This document shows positions 49,342 to 58,324 of a stretch of 64,000 nucleotides of DNA, piece after piece (position 1 is the first letter of the stretch; each line of letters opens with the position of its first letter). The notes beneath the pieces are model-generated. The model saw only the letters and a program-made list of their open reading frames with translations, searched no databases and was not told where the DNA came from. Position numbers and translations under genes: made by a program. This DNA comes from a virus: the IMG/VR virus record IMGVR_UViG_3300025418_000011; one strand, written 5' to 3'.

Positions 49342-51070
49342 TTTGTTGGGGTTGTTGTTTGCTATTGTTTAATCCTTGGCTTCTTGCTTGAGAAGTCATT
49401 TGATCTAATTGCGCCTTAACATTGGCATATAATTCTTGATCGGTGGCTTTTATTTCTTGAAGCTTTTCTCTTCTCTGCGCCCCATCAAGAGGGAATAACT
49501 GTTGTGCTATTTGCTGAGCTTTCTGAAGCGCGTCTTGAGGGGTAACTCCTCCGCCCTGTTGTGGCTGTCCTTGCTGCTGATTAAATATACTGGCCTCACT
49601 AGCTTGCTGAATCTGCTGTCTTTCGGCTTCTTCTGTTTGAATTTCCTTAGCAACCCTATCCTCATCGTTCTTCTTTCTAAGCTGATCCTCATAATCAAAG
49701 TTATAAAGATTGAGTAGTTCAGAACGAGCTATGGCGTTTGCGGAAACAAGCTGACCAATAACTCCCTTACGCTCTATGTCATCAGAGAACGTGATAGGTA
49801 TAAGGCTTATTTTTGCTTTAGGAAGCGAAAGAATTTTACCTATAACATCTCCGAGGTGATTCAATAAATGATTATAGTTTGTAGGAATTACATTCCACGA
49901 GTTTTCAAACAACCTTAATGCAGGACCGGCAGCCTCTGCCTTAAGAGTCATCTGGAAAAGTTCCACAGGAATATTAAGAGCATTAAGAATATTGTTCTTA
50001 TAATTCTCCATCATTTCCACAGGAGCCAGGTTTTTGCCTTCTCCTCCAAGCTGCTGGTAGTTTATAGGGAAAGGGAACTTGTGATATGCTCCTGGATCTT
50101 GTCTATGCTGGGTAATCATCTCATCCACAGTGGCACTCCAAAGGGCTCCATTTTGGTGTAAAATAGGATTCGCTGCACTATTGCTCTCTGTACTCATGGA
50201 AATGACCCTAAACGGGGCAATGTCTTCGTAGCATATCACTTCGTTGTATTTTTTGAGAGTCTGAAGCATGAACAAGTCCTCAAACAAGAACATGCAAGGA
50301 GGAATTGCTTTTCCGTCAGTTCTTATTGTGGAGGGGGTTTCAAGCTTCAGGTGCAGAAAATTCTTTGTGTTAAAAGAGAGCATCTTTTTTTCAAAGATAC
50401 AGTCGTATATAACTTTAGGTGTCTTCTTGCTATAGAACTTATTATTTTTTGATGTAACTTTCTTTATATACTGTTGAGGAATATCCCAAAAATATTCATA
50501 TTCTCCAGTAGTGTCTTCGTGCCTTATCTTGATTTCTTTAGCCGGCCAATGAACAACGTGAATTTTGTCTATGTCGGTGGATGGTTTGTCTACCACGGTG
50601 TGCTCTCCCTTGAAACCGCACTTTAAACATACCTTAGCATATCTACCCTTATTAAACTCAAAATTATTGAGCTTATCTATATTATCCACTCTACCGCACT
50701 TTGGGCACTGAAGGTTTCTATTGAAACCCTGGTTAACAGTTAAAAACTCGTTTCCGTAAGCCAAAAGATTCAACCCGCTAACAGATAGAATCTGTCGCCA
50801 CTTTAATTCGTCTAATACTGAAATATATTTTTCTTTAGCTTCGTAATCATCACATTCCACCTGAAGAGAAGTTATGAAATAGTTGGCAATTCTGCTCAAT
50901 GCCTGTTTATAGAAGCCATTCCTAAACAAGAAATGCTCTGCCCATAATAACTGCCCCTCAATATTAAGAGGCATATACTGCAAAGGAATGTTATAAAAAG
51001 GGTTAGAATATCTGTCTCTATACCCCAGACCTTCGTTGAAAAAATTTTGTGGTTGATTAGAATCTATCAT
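49334..51070 (-). CDS. putative portal protein with zinc-ribbon insertion
   Basis: Size 578 aa, LLAYGNEFL and ILNALNIP segments, Gln-rich tail, position at head of late block; CPKC...CLKC insert. Confidence 0.55.
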   Translation of the reverse strand: MIDSNQPQNFFNEGLGYRDRYSNPFYNIPLQYMPLNIEGQLLWAEHFLFRNGFYKQALSRIANYFITSLQVECDDYEAKEKYISVLDELKWRQILSVSGLNLLAYGNEFLTVNQGFNRNLQCPKCGRVDNIDKLNNFEFNKGRYAKVCLKCGFKGEHTVVDKPSTDIDKIHVVHWPAKEIKIRHEDTTGEYEYFWDIPQQYIKKVTSKNNKFYSKKTPKVIYDCIFEKKMLSFNTKNFLHLKLETPSTIRTDGKAIPPCMFLFEDLFMLQTLKKYNEVICYEDIAPFRVISMSTESNSAANPILHQNGALWSATVDEMITQHRQDPGAYHKFPFPINYQQLGGEGKNLAPVEMMENYKNNILNALNIPVELFQMTLKAEAAGPALRLFENSWNVIPTNYNHLLNHLGDVIGKILSLPKAKISLIPITFSDDIERKGVIGQLVSANAIARSELLNLYNFDYEDQLRKKNDEDRVAKEIQTEEAERQQIQQASEASIFNQQQGQPQQGGGVTPQDALQKAQQIAQQLFPLDGAQRREKLQEIKATDQELYANVKAQLDQMTSQARSQGLNNSKQQPQQNG

Positions 51071-51081
51071 AGTGTGAAGGA

Positions 51082-51249
51082 TTATTCGACAACCTCTGTA
51101 GGAGGTTGTTCAATCTTTTTTGGGGAATTCAACAAATTTTTATTAGCGGAGTCTGCTACCATAAATCCTTCTTCGTCGTAATACTCTGCATTTTTATCTC
51201 CATCGAAATCTGATTTTGATTCCTGGGTCAACATTCCGTACTTATTCAT
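51082..51249 (-). CDS. small hypothetical protein
   Basis: 55-aa ORF MNKYGMLTQE... read manually; overlaps upstream stop. Confidence 0.5.
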   Translation of the reverse strand: MNKYGMLTQESKSDFDGDKNAEYYDEEGFMVADSANKNLLNSPKKIEQPPTEVVE

Positions 51250-51853
51250 CTTCTTTTTTAAAGAGAATCATAGCTCTTTTGATATTGTCAGTCCAATCAA
51301 ATATAACGCCAGGGTAATAAACAGTTTGCGGCGTTTTATTTCTATATATGGTTAGTGTCTCACCTATCTTCGGCTCGAAAACAACATCGTCATCACTAGA
51401 GAAAATTAAAAGCATGGCTTGCGGGTGGTCTAATATATTTTCTACCTTTGCCCGCATCTTACCGAATTCGTTTTCAAAAATAACTGTTTCTAATTTAACT
51501 GGCATCTCTTGAGTGATATTATCTGTGCTCGCGGGGTAGGTTGTGGGGAAGGAAATATCTTCATGATTTCCCCAAAATGGATTGTTTTCATTTTCTGAGG
51601 ATTGATAACTCTTTGTTTTTACTTTCCCTTTAACCTTTTTATTCTTCTGCTGAGTGGGAGATACCAGTGGCTCTCCTCCTGACATTCTTACATCGTTAAG
51701 AATCTTGTTTTGCCTGGCCGCAATATCTTCTGCCTTGCCGGCTACTTTTACACCATCCGTTAGTCTTGACCCTGTTGAGCTATATACAGACTTTGTCGAG
51801 TCGCTATTACCAACAACTATATCTCCGGGTCTAAAATTTGTATCTTCTTGCAT
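51242..51853 (-). CDS. hypothetical protein (first gene of late block)
   Basis: 203-aa ORF. Confidence 0.7.
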   Translation of the reverse strand: MQEDTNFRPGDIVVGNSDSTKSVYSSTGSRLTDGVKVAGKAEDIAARQNKILNDVRMSGGEPLVSPTQQKNKKVKGKVKTKSYQSSENENNPFWGNHEDISFPTTYPASTDNITQEMPVKLETVIFENEFGKMRAKVENILDHPQAMLLIFSSDDDVVFEPKIGETLTIYRNKTPQTVYYPGVIFDWTDNIKRAMILFKKEDE

Positions 51854-51877
51854 AGTTTTATTTTGGTTGAGGGTTGC

Positions 51878-51970
51878 ACTGTACTCTAATTAAAACACAA
51901 GTCAAACGGTTTTTTGCAAATGTTGTTCTTGTTCGGGTTTAAACTTTAAGTTACCATAAAGCAAAGTCAA
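51878..51970. promoter_or_regulatory. divergent promoter region
   Basis: Minus strand: TTGACT-16-TACAGT (51878-51905) and TTGACT-16-TAAAGT (51943-51970); plus strand: weak TTGTTC-17-TACCAT. Confidence 0.5.
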
Positions 51971-51982
51971 ATTATATTTACA

Positions 51983-52450
51983 ATGGTTAATTTTACCTTA
52001 GCTAAAACCTCGTCTGAGTGGTTGCCAGATATTAACTCCTACAAAATGACTGTGGAGATAACTGCGGCTGTAGAGGCACCTAAAGAAATATTTGTGATCA
52101 AGAGAACTACGAATTATGTAAATGACCAATTTGACGATGTGTTCGCAGCTGTGGCCACACCAGCACAAATAGAAGATTTTCCTGTAAGTATCCCAAGACC
52201 AAACTCTTCATACTACAGAACCAATAAAGTTACCTTGGTGGTTAGAACCGCGGAAAGTATGCAGGCAATATTTGATTCTATGCTTTATGAGGTTAACAAG
52301 CTGGCGGTAGATCTGGATGCATTGCATAACGGCTTACTTACTACGGCTACCTATCAAATATCAGGAGCTATAACTACACTGAACAGTATACACATAGGAT
52401 CTAGTTCTTCCTCTACTATCCCATCTGTGTATAATGACGGTACTCCATAA
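51983..52450 (+). CDS. hypothetical protein
   Basis: 155-aa ORF. Confidence 0.65.
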   Translation: MVNFTLAKTSSEWLPDINSYKMTVEITAAVEAPKEIFVIKRTTNYVNDQFDDVFAAVATPAQIEDFPVSIPRPNSSYYRTNKVTLVVRTAESMQAIFDSMLYEVNKLAVDLDALHNGLLTTATYQISGAITTLNSIHIGSSSSSTIPSVYNDGTP

Positions 52451-52780
52451 ATGATTTACAAACTGCATGCTATCCAAAAGGGTAGAAAGAGATTTGAGAT
52501 TTGTGTAGACGAAGAAGATTACTTGCGGTATCGAGGAAAAAGATTACGTAGGTTAAGTGACGGTCGTGTTTATTTTTACAGTCACGGAAAAAGAAATTAT
52601 CTTCACCGTGAAATATTCAATTTGACAAAAGTGTGGGATAGAGTATTTTTTAAATCGTCAAATAGACAGGATATGCGCAAATCAAATCTAGCTCTAGTAT
52701 CTGTACCTGAAGCAAATAGAGGCAAATATTCTGTACAATTTCCAAAACATGGAAATATTAAACTCGGACAGTTTGCGTAA
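52451..52780 (+). CDS. degenerate HNH-endonuclease-like protein
   Basis: YLHREI...NRQDMRKSNL resembles LHR...VDHINxNxLDNRxxNL but lacks the His residues. Confidence 0.5.
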   Translation: MIYKLHAIQKGRKRFEICVDEEDYLRYRGKRLRRLSDGRVYFYSHGKRNYLHREIFNLTKVWDRVFFKSSNRQDMRKSNLALVSVPEANRGKYSVQFPKHGNIKLGQFA

Positions 52781-52849
52781 TAACTACCTGGCTGACACGA
52801 GCTTATAAAAAAAATCCAACCCAACCCAGACGGATTAAAAAATAAAAAA

Positions 52850-54367
52850 ATGCAAAACACAGAACTCTACAACACACTTGAAAAGTTAAAGGCACAAAAG
52901 AAGGGGATTCGCTCTTATCTCATGAAGCAGGGATATAAAGCAAAAGAGGCAGACAAAATTGTGAAGGCGTTTAACAGCACCAAGGATAAACCTGCCGCAT
53001 TTGCTAGAACAGCCTCAGAAAAAAATATTGATTTAGACATGCCCGCTGAGAGTGAGTCTTCCTGGAAGAGTGGCTTAAAGTTTACTAATAAATATGTCTA
53101 CAACAAAGAAGACGACAAATATGTGGTCTACCTAAAGGCAGCGAATGGTAATGTTGTGATTCCTGGATCTACCATGAGAGGTATTAAGGAGAACTATTCT
53201 AACTGGTATGGTAATCCTGGAACCATCGGTGAAATCTGCCGCAACTATCAGATTCCTAAGTCTTATTTCAATGAGCTAAAGCAGATCATGGGCTTTACTC
53301 ATAATTCAGAACCTTTTACAAATGAACAACTTATAGAGAAAGATGTAGATGAACTCACCACTGACGTTCTAGAGAAAAAGAAATTTCAACTACACCAGAA
53401 AGTCCAGAAGCAGAGCTGGCTAGAAACAGAAGAAGCTGCTCATCGTTGGTATGAATTCATAGAGGGTAGTTATAATCCTATGGAGGCTATGCTAAAGAAC
53501 TGGCAGCCTCCTAAGTATGTTCCTGCTCCTGCAAAGTCTGTTAGCGACAAGAAGCCCAAGGGTGATGAAACAATGCTTGTGGGTCTTTCTGACGTTCACT
53601 TTGGTGGGTATGCAGAGAAGCATCTCTCATATCGCAACAAAGGCACTAGCACAGACGAGACTGTTAACTCTATGGAGAACTATGCTCACGACATCAAGAA
53701 GACTGTGGAGAACAGAACCTACAGTTTCAAAGAATGCGTTGTTACCAGCCTAGGAGACATTCTTCATACTTCGGGTCAGGGGTTCACTGTTAAGGGTACT
53801 CCTCTTAGCTATGACTGCTTGAAAGAAGAGCAGTTCAACAAAGCCTTCAATTCGTTGGTAAAGTTTATTTATAGTATGTTAGACCTCTTTCCTAAAGTTC
53901 GTGTGAAGAGTGTTAAAGGAAACCATAATGACTTTGGTGATTATGTGTTGTTCAAGGCGCTAGAAGCTTATTTCAGAACCGAGAAACGTATTTGCTTCGA
54001 AGTATTCGAAACAGATCATGGACTGTTCAAGATCAACAATACCTTGTTTGTTATCTCTCATGGGTATAGTGCAGAATACAAGGGCAGAATCCCTGGCTGT
54101 GGTAAAGGCAGAGAAAGCTATATTGCTAACCTGTTCCTTGCTCATCCAGAGAGTCTTATTGGTGTTAAAACAAAGGTACTGCTTACCGCAGACCAGCACC
54201 ATCTAGAAGCCAAGGAATACGCAGAGTTTGATCATTATATGCTCAGCACCACAGTGAAAGGTGACAAGCATTCAGAGGCACTAGGTTTGAATAATGTACC
54301 TCGTCAAAGTTACTTCGTGGTAGATAACACCGGAGTTTCAGAAATCATCTACAGCTATATACGATAG
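52850..54367 (+). CDS. large metallophosphoesterase with N-terminal extension
   Basis: SDVHFG, GDILH, GNHND, SHG, DQHH motifs. Confidence 0.85.
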   Translation: MQNTELYNTLEKLKAQKKGIRSYLMKQGYKAKEADKIVKAFNSTKDKPAAFARTASEKNIDLDMPAESESSWKSGLKFTNKYVYNKEDDKYVVYLKAANGNVVIPGSTMRGIKENYSNWYGNPGTIGEICRNYQIPKSYFNELKQIMGFTHNSEPFTNEQLIEKDVDELTTDVLEKKKFQLHQKVQKQSWLETEEAAHRWYEFIEGSYNPMEAMLKNWQPPKYVPAPAKSVSDKKPKGDETMLVGLSDVHFGGYAEKHLSYRNKGTSTDETVNSMENYAHDIKKTVENRTYSFKECVVTSLGDILHTSGQGFTVKGTPLSYDCLKEEQFNKAFNSLVKFIYSMLDLFPKVRVKSVKGNHNDFGDYVLFKALEAYFRTEKRICFEVFETDHGLFKINNTLFVISHGYSAEYKGRIPGCGKGRESYIANLFLAHPESLIGVKTKVLLTADQHHLEAKEYAEFDHYMLSTTVKGDKHSEALGLNNVPRQSYFVVDNTGVSEIIYSYIR

Positions 54368-54379
54368 CTAAAAACGAGA

Positions 54380-54417
54380 TATACCCCCCAAGAGGTTTTT
54401 AGCCTTTTGGGGGTATA
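54380..54417 (+). terminator. terminator-like stem-loop
   Basis: TATACCCCCCAAGAGG / CCTTTTGGGGGTATA. Confidence 0.65.
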
Positions 54418-54465
54418 ATCTTTTAGATGAGAGACTCTTTTGTCGCCCGTCTTTTTAACTTTAAT

Positions 54466-54558
54466 AGTCCTATAGTTTAATGGCAGAACAGCACTCTTAT
54501 ACAGTGTAAGCGGGGAGACGCCTGCGTGGTGAAGGTTCGAATCCTTCTAGGACTACCA
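54466..54558 (+). tRNA. tRNA-Ile(UAU) with long variable arm
   Basis: Acceptor AGTCCTA/TAGGACT, anticodon arm GCACT-CTTATAC-AGTGT, 23-nt variable region, T arm GAAGG-TTCGAAT-CCTTC, A73, CCA. Confidence 0.85.
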
Positions 54559-54670
54559 ATTTTGGTAGTGAAGATTATGGTGCTCTCGATGGCAATTAGC
54601 ACAAACCTTCATAAATTAAATCTTAAATTTAAACTAACCATAAGTCAATAAAACAACCCCAATAAACCAA

Positions 54671-55090
54671 ATGAATAAACCCACAGAAACACGAAAGTTA
54701 TTAGGATATAAAGTTATTGTTCAACGCCTTTCAGGTGAATGGATTGATTGGTCGGGACATATATATGACGTATATCCAAAGGCTATGAAAGAAGTTTATA
54801 GCAACGAGTTTGAAAACTACAAAGAAGTCAAAATTGTAGAAGTTCATGAAATAGAACTCCAGGTACATTCACACAAACCAGAACCTAAAAAGATAGTTCC
54901 GAAAAGGTATAGCGTAGATAAAAAGTATGCATCGACAACAATGGTTGAAGATACTCTAGGAGGTTGGATTAAAAAAACTGACTATGATGAGGTTCAGAAT
55001 ATGCTTGCTGAGCTTATTCTCACCTTGGATACTCCTGGCAGACCTACGTTAGAACAAACAGTCCTACACGCAAAAAGGTATATCAAATGA
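54671..55090 (+). CDS. hypothetical protein
   Basis: 139-aa ORF. Confidence 0.6.
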   Translation: MNKPTETRKLLGYKVIVQRLSGEWIDWSGHIYDVYPKAMKEVYSNEFENYKEVKIVEVHEIELQVHSHKPEPKKIVPKRYSVDKKYASTTMVEDTLGGWIKKTDYDEVQNMLAELILTLDTPGRPTLEQTVLHAKRYIK

Positions 55091-55626
55091 AAAGAACATT
55101 CCTAATAGCTGATCTTCATTTCGGAGACAGCGATATGATAATCACCCTGGATGGACAATCACATCCTATCAGGCCTTTCAACAGTATAGAAGAGCACGAT
55201 CAGACACTCATAGACAACTGGAACAGCGTGGTAACTCACCCTAGCGATAAAGTCTATGTATTAGGAGATATAGCACAACGCCCAAAAGATATAGAAAACT
55301 TCGGTAAACTTATGGGTAAGAAAATCCTTATCAAGGGAAACCATGACATATACGGAGTTGAGAAGTATTACAAATATTTCAAAGACATTCGTGGTACTCA
55401 CCGGCTGGATAATGGTATTCTTATGAGTCATATACCTGTACATCCCGACGCATTCGGAAAAGCACATAAACTGAACGTGCATGGGCATATACACGCCCGC
55501 CAAGTAATGGAATTCAAGCTGGATAACTTAGGAAGAACTCCTGATCCTAGATACTTTTGTGTATCTTGCGAAAGAATAAATTACACACCAATAAACTTAG
55601 ACGAAATAAACAAACTAATTTTGTGA
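55087..55626 (+). CDS. calcineurin-like phosphoesterase (phage type)
   Basis: ADLHFG, LGD, GNHD, SHIP, HGHIH motifs. Confidence 0.9.
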   Translation: MKRTFLIADLHFGDSDMIITLDGQSHPIRPFNSIEEHDQTLIDNWNSVVTHPSDKVYVLGDIAQRPKDIENFGKLMGKKILIKGNHDIYGVEKYYKYFKDIRGTHRLDNGILMSHIPVHPDAFGKAHKLNVHGHIHARQVMEFKLDNLGRTPDPRYFCVSCERINYTPINLDEINKLIL

Positions 55627-56255
55627 AAAAGAAACAATACAAGAAAGTCACTGTTACCTTTGACGAGAGACATCTTCCTGTTATTGCTCGCGCATTGGAA
55701 GCATTCATGAGAATGCGTAGTGGGCAGATCGCTATGGCGCTGGATGAGTGTTATGCCGATAAGCAGACAAAGATGCTCAAGGATAAGAGCTATGATCACT
55801 TCAATGACAATCAGAACATTGAAACTATGATCAGAAGAGTTTATTTCAAGGAACTCTCTAATAATGCCGCATGGGGAGTTGGTCAGTATGGTTTTGGTGG
55901 AGAGGAAGCCTATATGATCTGGAAGACTCTTAGACAGTATATGGCATATGAGAGAAACGGAGGATACTCTGGTTCTGGTCGTGACTTTGATACTTGTTGG
56001 GGTTCTTATTCAGATGTTCCCAATCCAGTTGTACAAGGGTTTAGTACTAGAAAGTTCTTCAAAGCTCCGAAAAGTATTGCTAATAAACTGCTTAAACTTT
56101 TTATTGATAAAAAATATCAAGAATGTTACGATTTAATCGACAATAAGTGGAAGACTCTTCCTAGAGGTGACAAATATGAACTTGGATTTCATAAAGAAAA
56201 TGATGGAGTTGGTGTATGGGTAACAGCACCAAGAAAGAAAGAGGAGGGTTGGTAA
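55623..56255 (+). CDS. hypothetical protein
   Basis: GTG start at 55623 overlapping upstream stop. Confidence 0.7.
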   Translation: MKKKQYKKVTVTFDERHLPVIARALEAFMRMRSGQIAMALDECYADKQTKMLKDKSYDHFNDNQNIETMIRRVYFKELSNNAAWGVGQYGFGGEEAYMIWKTLRQYMAYERNGGYSGSGRDFDTCWGSYSDVPNPVVQGFSTRKFFKAPKSIANKLLKLFIDKKYQECYDLIDNKWKTLPRGDKYELGFHKENDGVGVWVTAPRKKEEGW

Positions 56256-56256
56256 T

Positions 56257-56436
56257 ATGATAAGCATTAACCATGAACTATATCACAAGAATTATGTAGA
56301 ACTCGCTAGAGCTATTATGCAATCTGGTGGTGATCCATTTACAATTTTGGAAAAGTATGATGAGCTTCTAATAGTTCTTTCTAATAATCTGATTACTATT
56401 ACAGCAGAGCATGATCACAGATTTTCTAATCCTTAA
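56257..56436 (+). CDS. small hypothetical protein
   Basis: 59-aa ORF read manually. Confidence 0.45.
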   Translation: MISINHELYHKNYVELARAIMQSGGDPFTILEKYDELLIVLSNNLITITAEHDHRFSNP

Positions 56437-56549
56437 TTAATATGAGTAGAGAATGCAGACATTGTGGCTTTGTTGCTGAATGAGCATCCGAAAGTTGCTG
56501 GTGGGGTGCATTATCCAATCCAGAAAATAAACCAACTCATCCAGAAAAT

Positions 56550-56849
56550 ATGAAGAAAAAAGAAAAGATTATTGAACTACTTGAAATGATTGTAAAGCAG
56601 AATGAAGAGATCATAAAGAATCAAAACATTTGGAGAACTCTTCCAACTGTTCCAGTACCTCCAAACATTGATCCTCATTTTGGAAAAGACATTCCTTATG
56701 TTCCATATAAAGGACCAGCCTGTGAAGTTATTCCAATTAGAGATGAAGATAATATCTGTGGTGGTGTTATAGTTACTAGAGAAATGACTCCAGTATATCA
56801 CAAATCCTATGATAGTACACTGACACCTTTACCTATAAAATTAGTATGA
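56550..56849 (+). CDS. hypothetical protein
   Basis: 99-aa ORF; N-terminus resembles that of 28142-28390. Confidence 0.55.
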   Translation: MKKKEKIIELLEMIVKQNEEIIKNQNIWRTLPTVPVPPNIDPHFGKDIPYVPYKGPACEVIPIRDEDNICGGVIVTREMTPVYHKSYDSTLTPLPIKLV

Positions 56850-57142
56850 ACAAATACAGTGACATTGTAAGTGATGGAGGAATGGATCCTAGAAATGAAT
56901 ATGAGAAGGAAAGAAATTCTCATCAGATGAATGAAGCAGCTGAAAAGATTAAAGGTCTTATTGACATCCAAAAGAAGAATGGCAACTATAACTATGATGA
57001 GTATATGTATGGTATGCTTACTGGACTAGAATGTGCTTATTATGTTCTTTTAGGAAAAGAGGCAAAGTACACAGAGAGACCAAAAGAGTGGTTGGCTGAT
57101 AGAGTTCCTAAAGACTTTGTACCAACAGTAGCTGAACAATAA
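56846..57142 (+). CDS. hypothetical phage protein
   Basis: GNYNYDEYMYGMLTGLECA pattern. Confidence 0.6.
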   Translation: MNKYSDIVSDGGMDPRNEYEKERNSHQMNEAAEKIKGLIDIQKKNGNYNYDEYMYGMLTGLECAYYVLLGKEAKYTERPKEWLADRVPKDFVPTVAEQ

Positions 57143-57143
57143 T

Positions 57144-57275
57144 ATGAAAGAAACAACGTTGATATTCTGTAAGTTGCTATTCGTAATTTCAATTTTCTCT
57201 ACGCTTTTAATCGGGCTAATGCCTCCTGTAATTCTTGCGATTAAGTGGTATTTCAAACTATGGGGAATTTCCTAA
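57144..57275 (+). CDS. small membrane protein
   Basis: 43-aa hydrophobic ORF read manually. Confidence 0.4.
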   Translation: MKETTLIFCKLLFVISIFSTLLIGLMPPVILAIKWYFKLWGIS

Positions 57276-57382
57276 AAAAACTTTGGAATCATCCAATTGT
57301 GGTATGGACAAGTTTGATTTTGCTGCTAGGTTTATTCTATCTAGAGTGCTACTTGTTGGCTCGCTAGAATAATTTTAACAAC

Positions 57383-57458
57383 GCCTGTGTAGTCCAACGG
57401 CAGAGACAAGCGACTTAAAATCGCTCCAGTGTCGGTTCGAATCCGACCACAGGTACCA
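57383..57458 (+). tRNA. tRNA-Leu(UAA), short variable loop
   Basis: GCCTGTG/CACAGGT, AGCGA-CTTAAAA-TCGCT, 5-nt variable loop, A73, CCA. Confidence 0.85.
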
Positions 57459-57465
57459 ACTTCAC

Positions 57466-57541
57466 GCGCTTGTAGCTCAATGGTCAGAGCAGTCGGCTCA
57501 TAACTGATTGGTTGGGGGTTCGAATCCCTCCAGGCGCACCA
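57466..57541 (+). tRNA. tRNA(CAU), probably Ile2 (lysidine-type); elongator Met not excluded
   Basis: GCGCTTG/CAGGCGC, GTCGG-CTCATAA-CTGAT, C4-G69, C29-G41, A73, CCA. Confidence 0.8.
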
Positions 57542-57545
57542 ATTT

Positions 57546-57617
57546 GTCCTCGTAATGTAGTGGTTAGCATACATCCCTTTCACGGATGGAGCACGGGTTC
57601 GAATCCCGTCGAGGATG
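57546..57617 (+). tRNA. tRNA-Glu(UUC), CCA not encoded
   Basis: GTCCTCG/CGAGGAT, CATCC-CTTTCAC-GGATG, T arm ACGGG-TTCGAAT-CCCGT. Confidence 0.85.
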
Positions 57618-57626
57618 CATTTAAAA

Positions 57627-57776
57627 ATGAATATCAACACACTTATCGAAAGATACGAGAAGCGGGTGGCGGAGAAGAAAAAACAGCAAGAGTATAATCC
57701 TAATGATGTAGTAGAAGGAATCATTGTGGCTCTTGAAGAAGTGGTAGAAGACCTAAAACAAATAAACACAAAATGA
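57627..57776 (+). CDS. small hypothetical protein
   Basis: 49-aa ORF read manually. Confidence 0.45.
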   Translation: MNINTLIERYEKRVAEKKKQQEYNPNDVVEGIIVALEEVVEDLKQINTK

Positions 57777-57985
57777 CCGAACATCAACAACTACTTGCTT
57801 TAGACGCAGCAATAGAGGCTTTAGATAACAAAGATATAATTTTAATGTTAACCAAAGCAAAAACTATCTTGAGCTTTATTTCGAGGAGAGTTATGGAAAC
57901 TCTACATTTGATAAACATCTAAAAGATCAGCTCGAGGCGGTTAAGCTATTGAGCAAAAATCCTAGAGTTTTCGGAGGAGGTTAAT

Positions 57986-58324
57986 ATGAAGCAAAGTACA
58001 CAGTATTTTCTTTTCTGGTTATTTATAGTCGCTGGAACTGTGCTGGAAAGTGTTGGCGATGTGGCTTTCAGATATGCCACGTTGAACAATAATGAATTAT
58101 TCCGTTGGGGTGGATTTATGGTGTATATTCTTGGCTCTGCCTCATGGGCTGTATCTCTTAAATACCACGAGCTCACAAAAGGGCTGGTGGTATTTATAGG
58201 ATTAAATGTGTTCATGGTAGCCTTAATGAGTAGATGGCTTTTCTCAGAGCAATTAACAAAAAATCAAATTATAGGAATATTTTTTGTACTCTTAGGAATA
58301 TTTTTTACAGAAATATATAAATGA
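57986..58324 (+). CDS. SMR/DMT-family 4-TM transporter-like protein
   Basis: 112 aa, four TMs, Glu in TM1 (VLESVGD), terminal QIIGIFFVLLG. Confidence 0.7.
   Translation: MKQSTQYFLFWLFIVAGTVLESVGDVAFRYATLNNNELFRWGGFMVYILGSASWAVSLKYHELTKGLVVFIGLNVFMVALMSRWLFSEQLTKNQIIGIFFVLLGIFFTEIYK

Noticed and set aside
54568-54612. Possible extra tRNA or structured RNA after tRNA-Ile
   Set aside because: Only a loose hairpin (TGAAG/CTTCA, GTGCT/AGCAC); no T-loop or cloverleaf.
57960-57984. Second Ubl suggested by a C-terminal GGG
   Set aside because: The glycines come from the GGAGGAGG SD of the next gene, and the peptide looks helical rather than beta-grasp.
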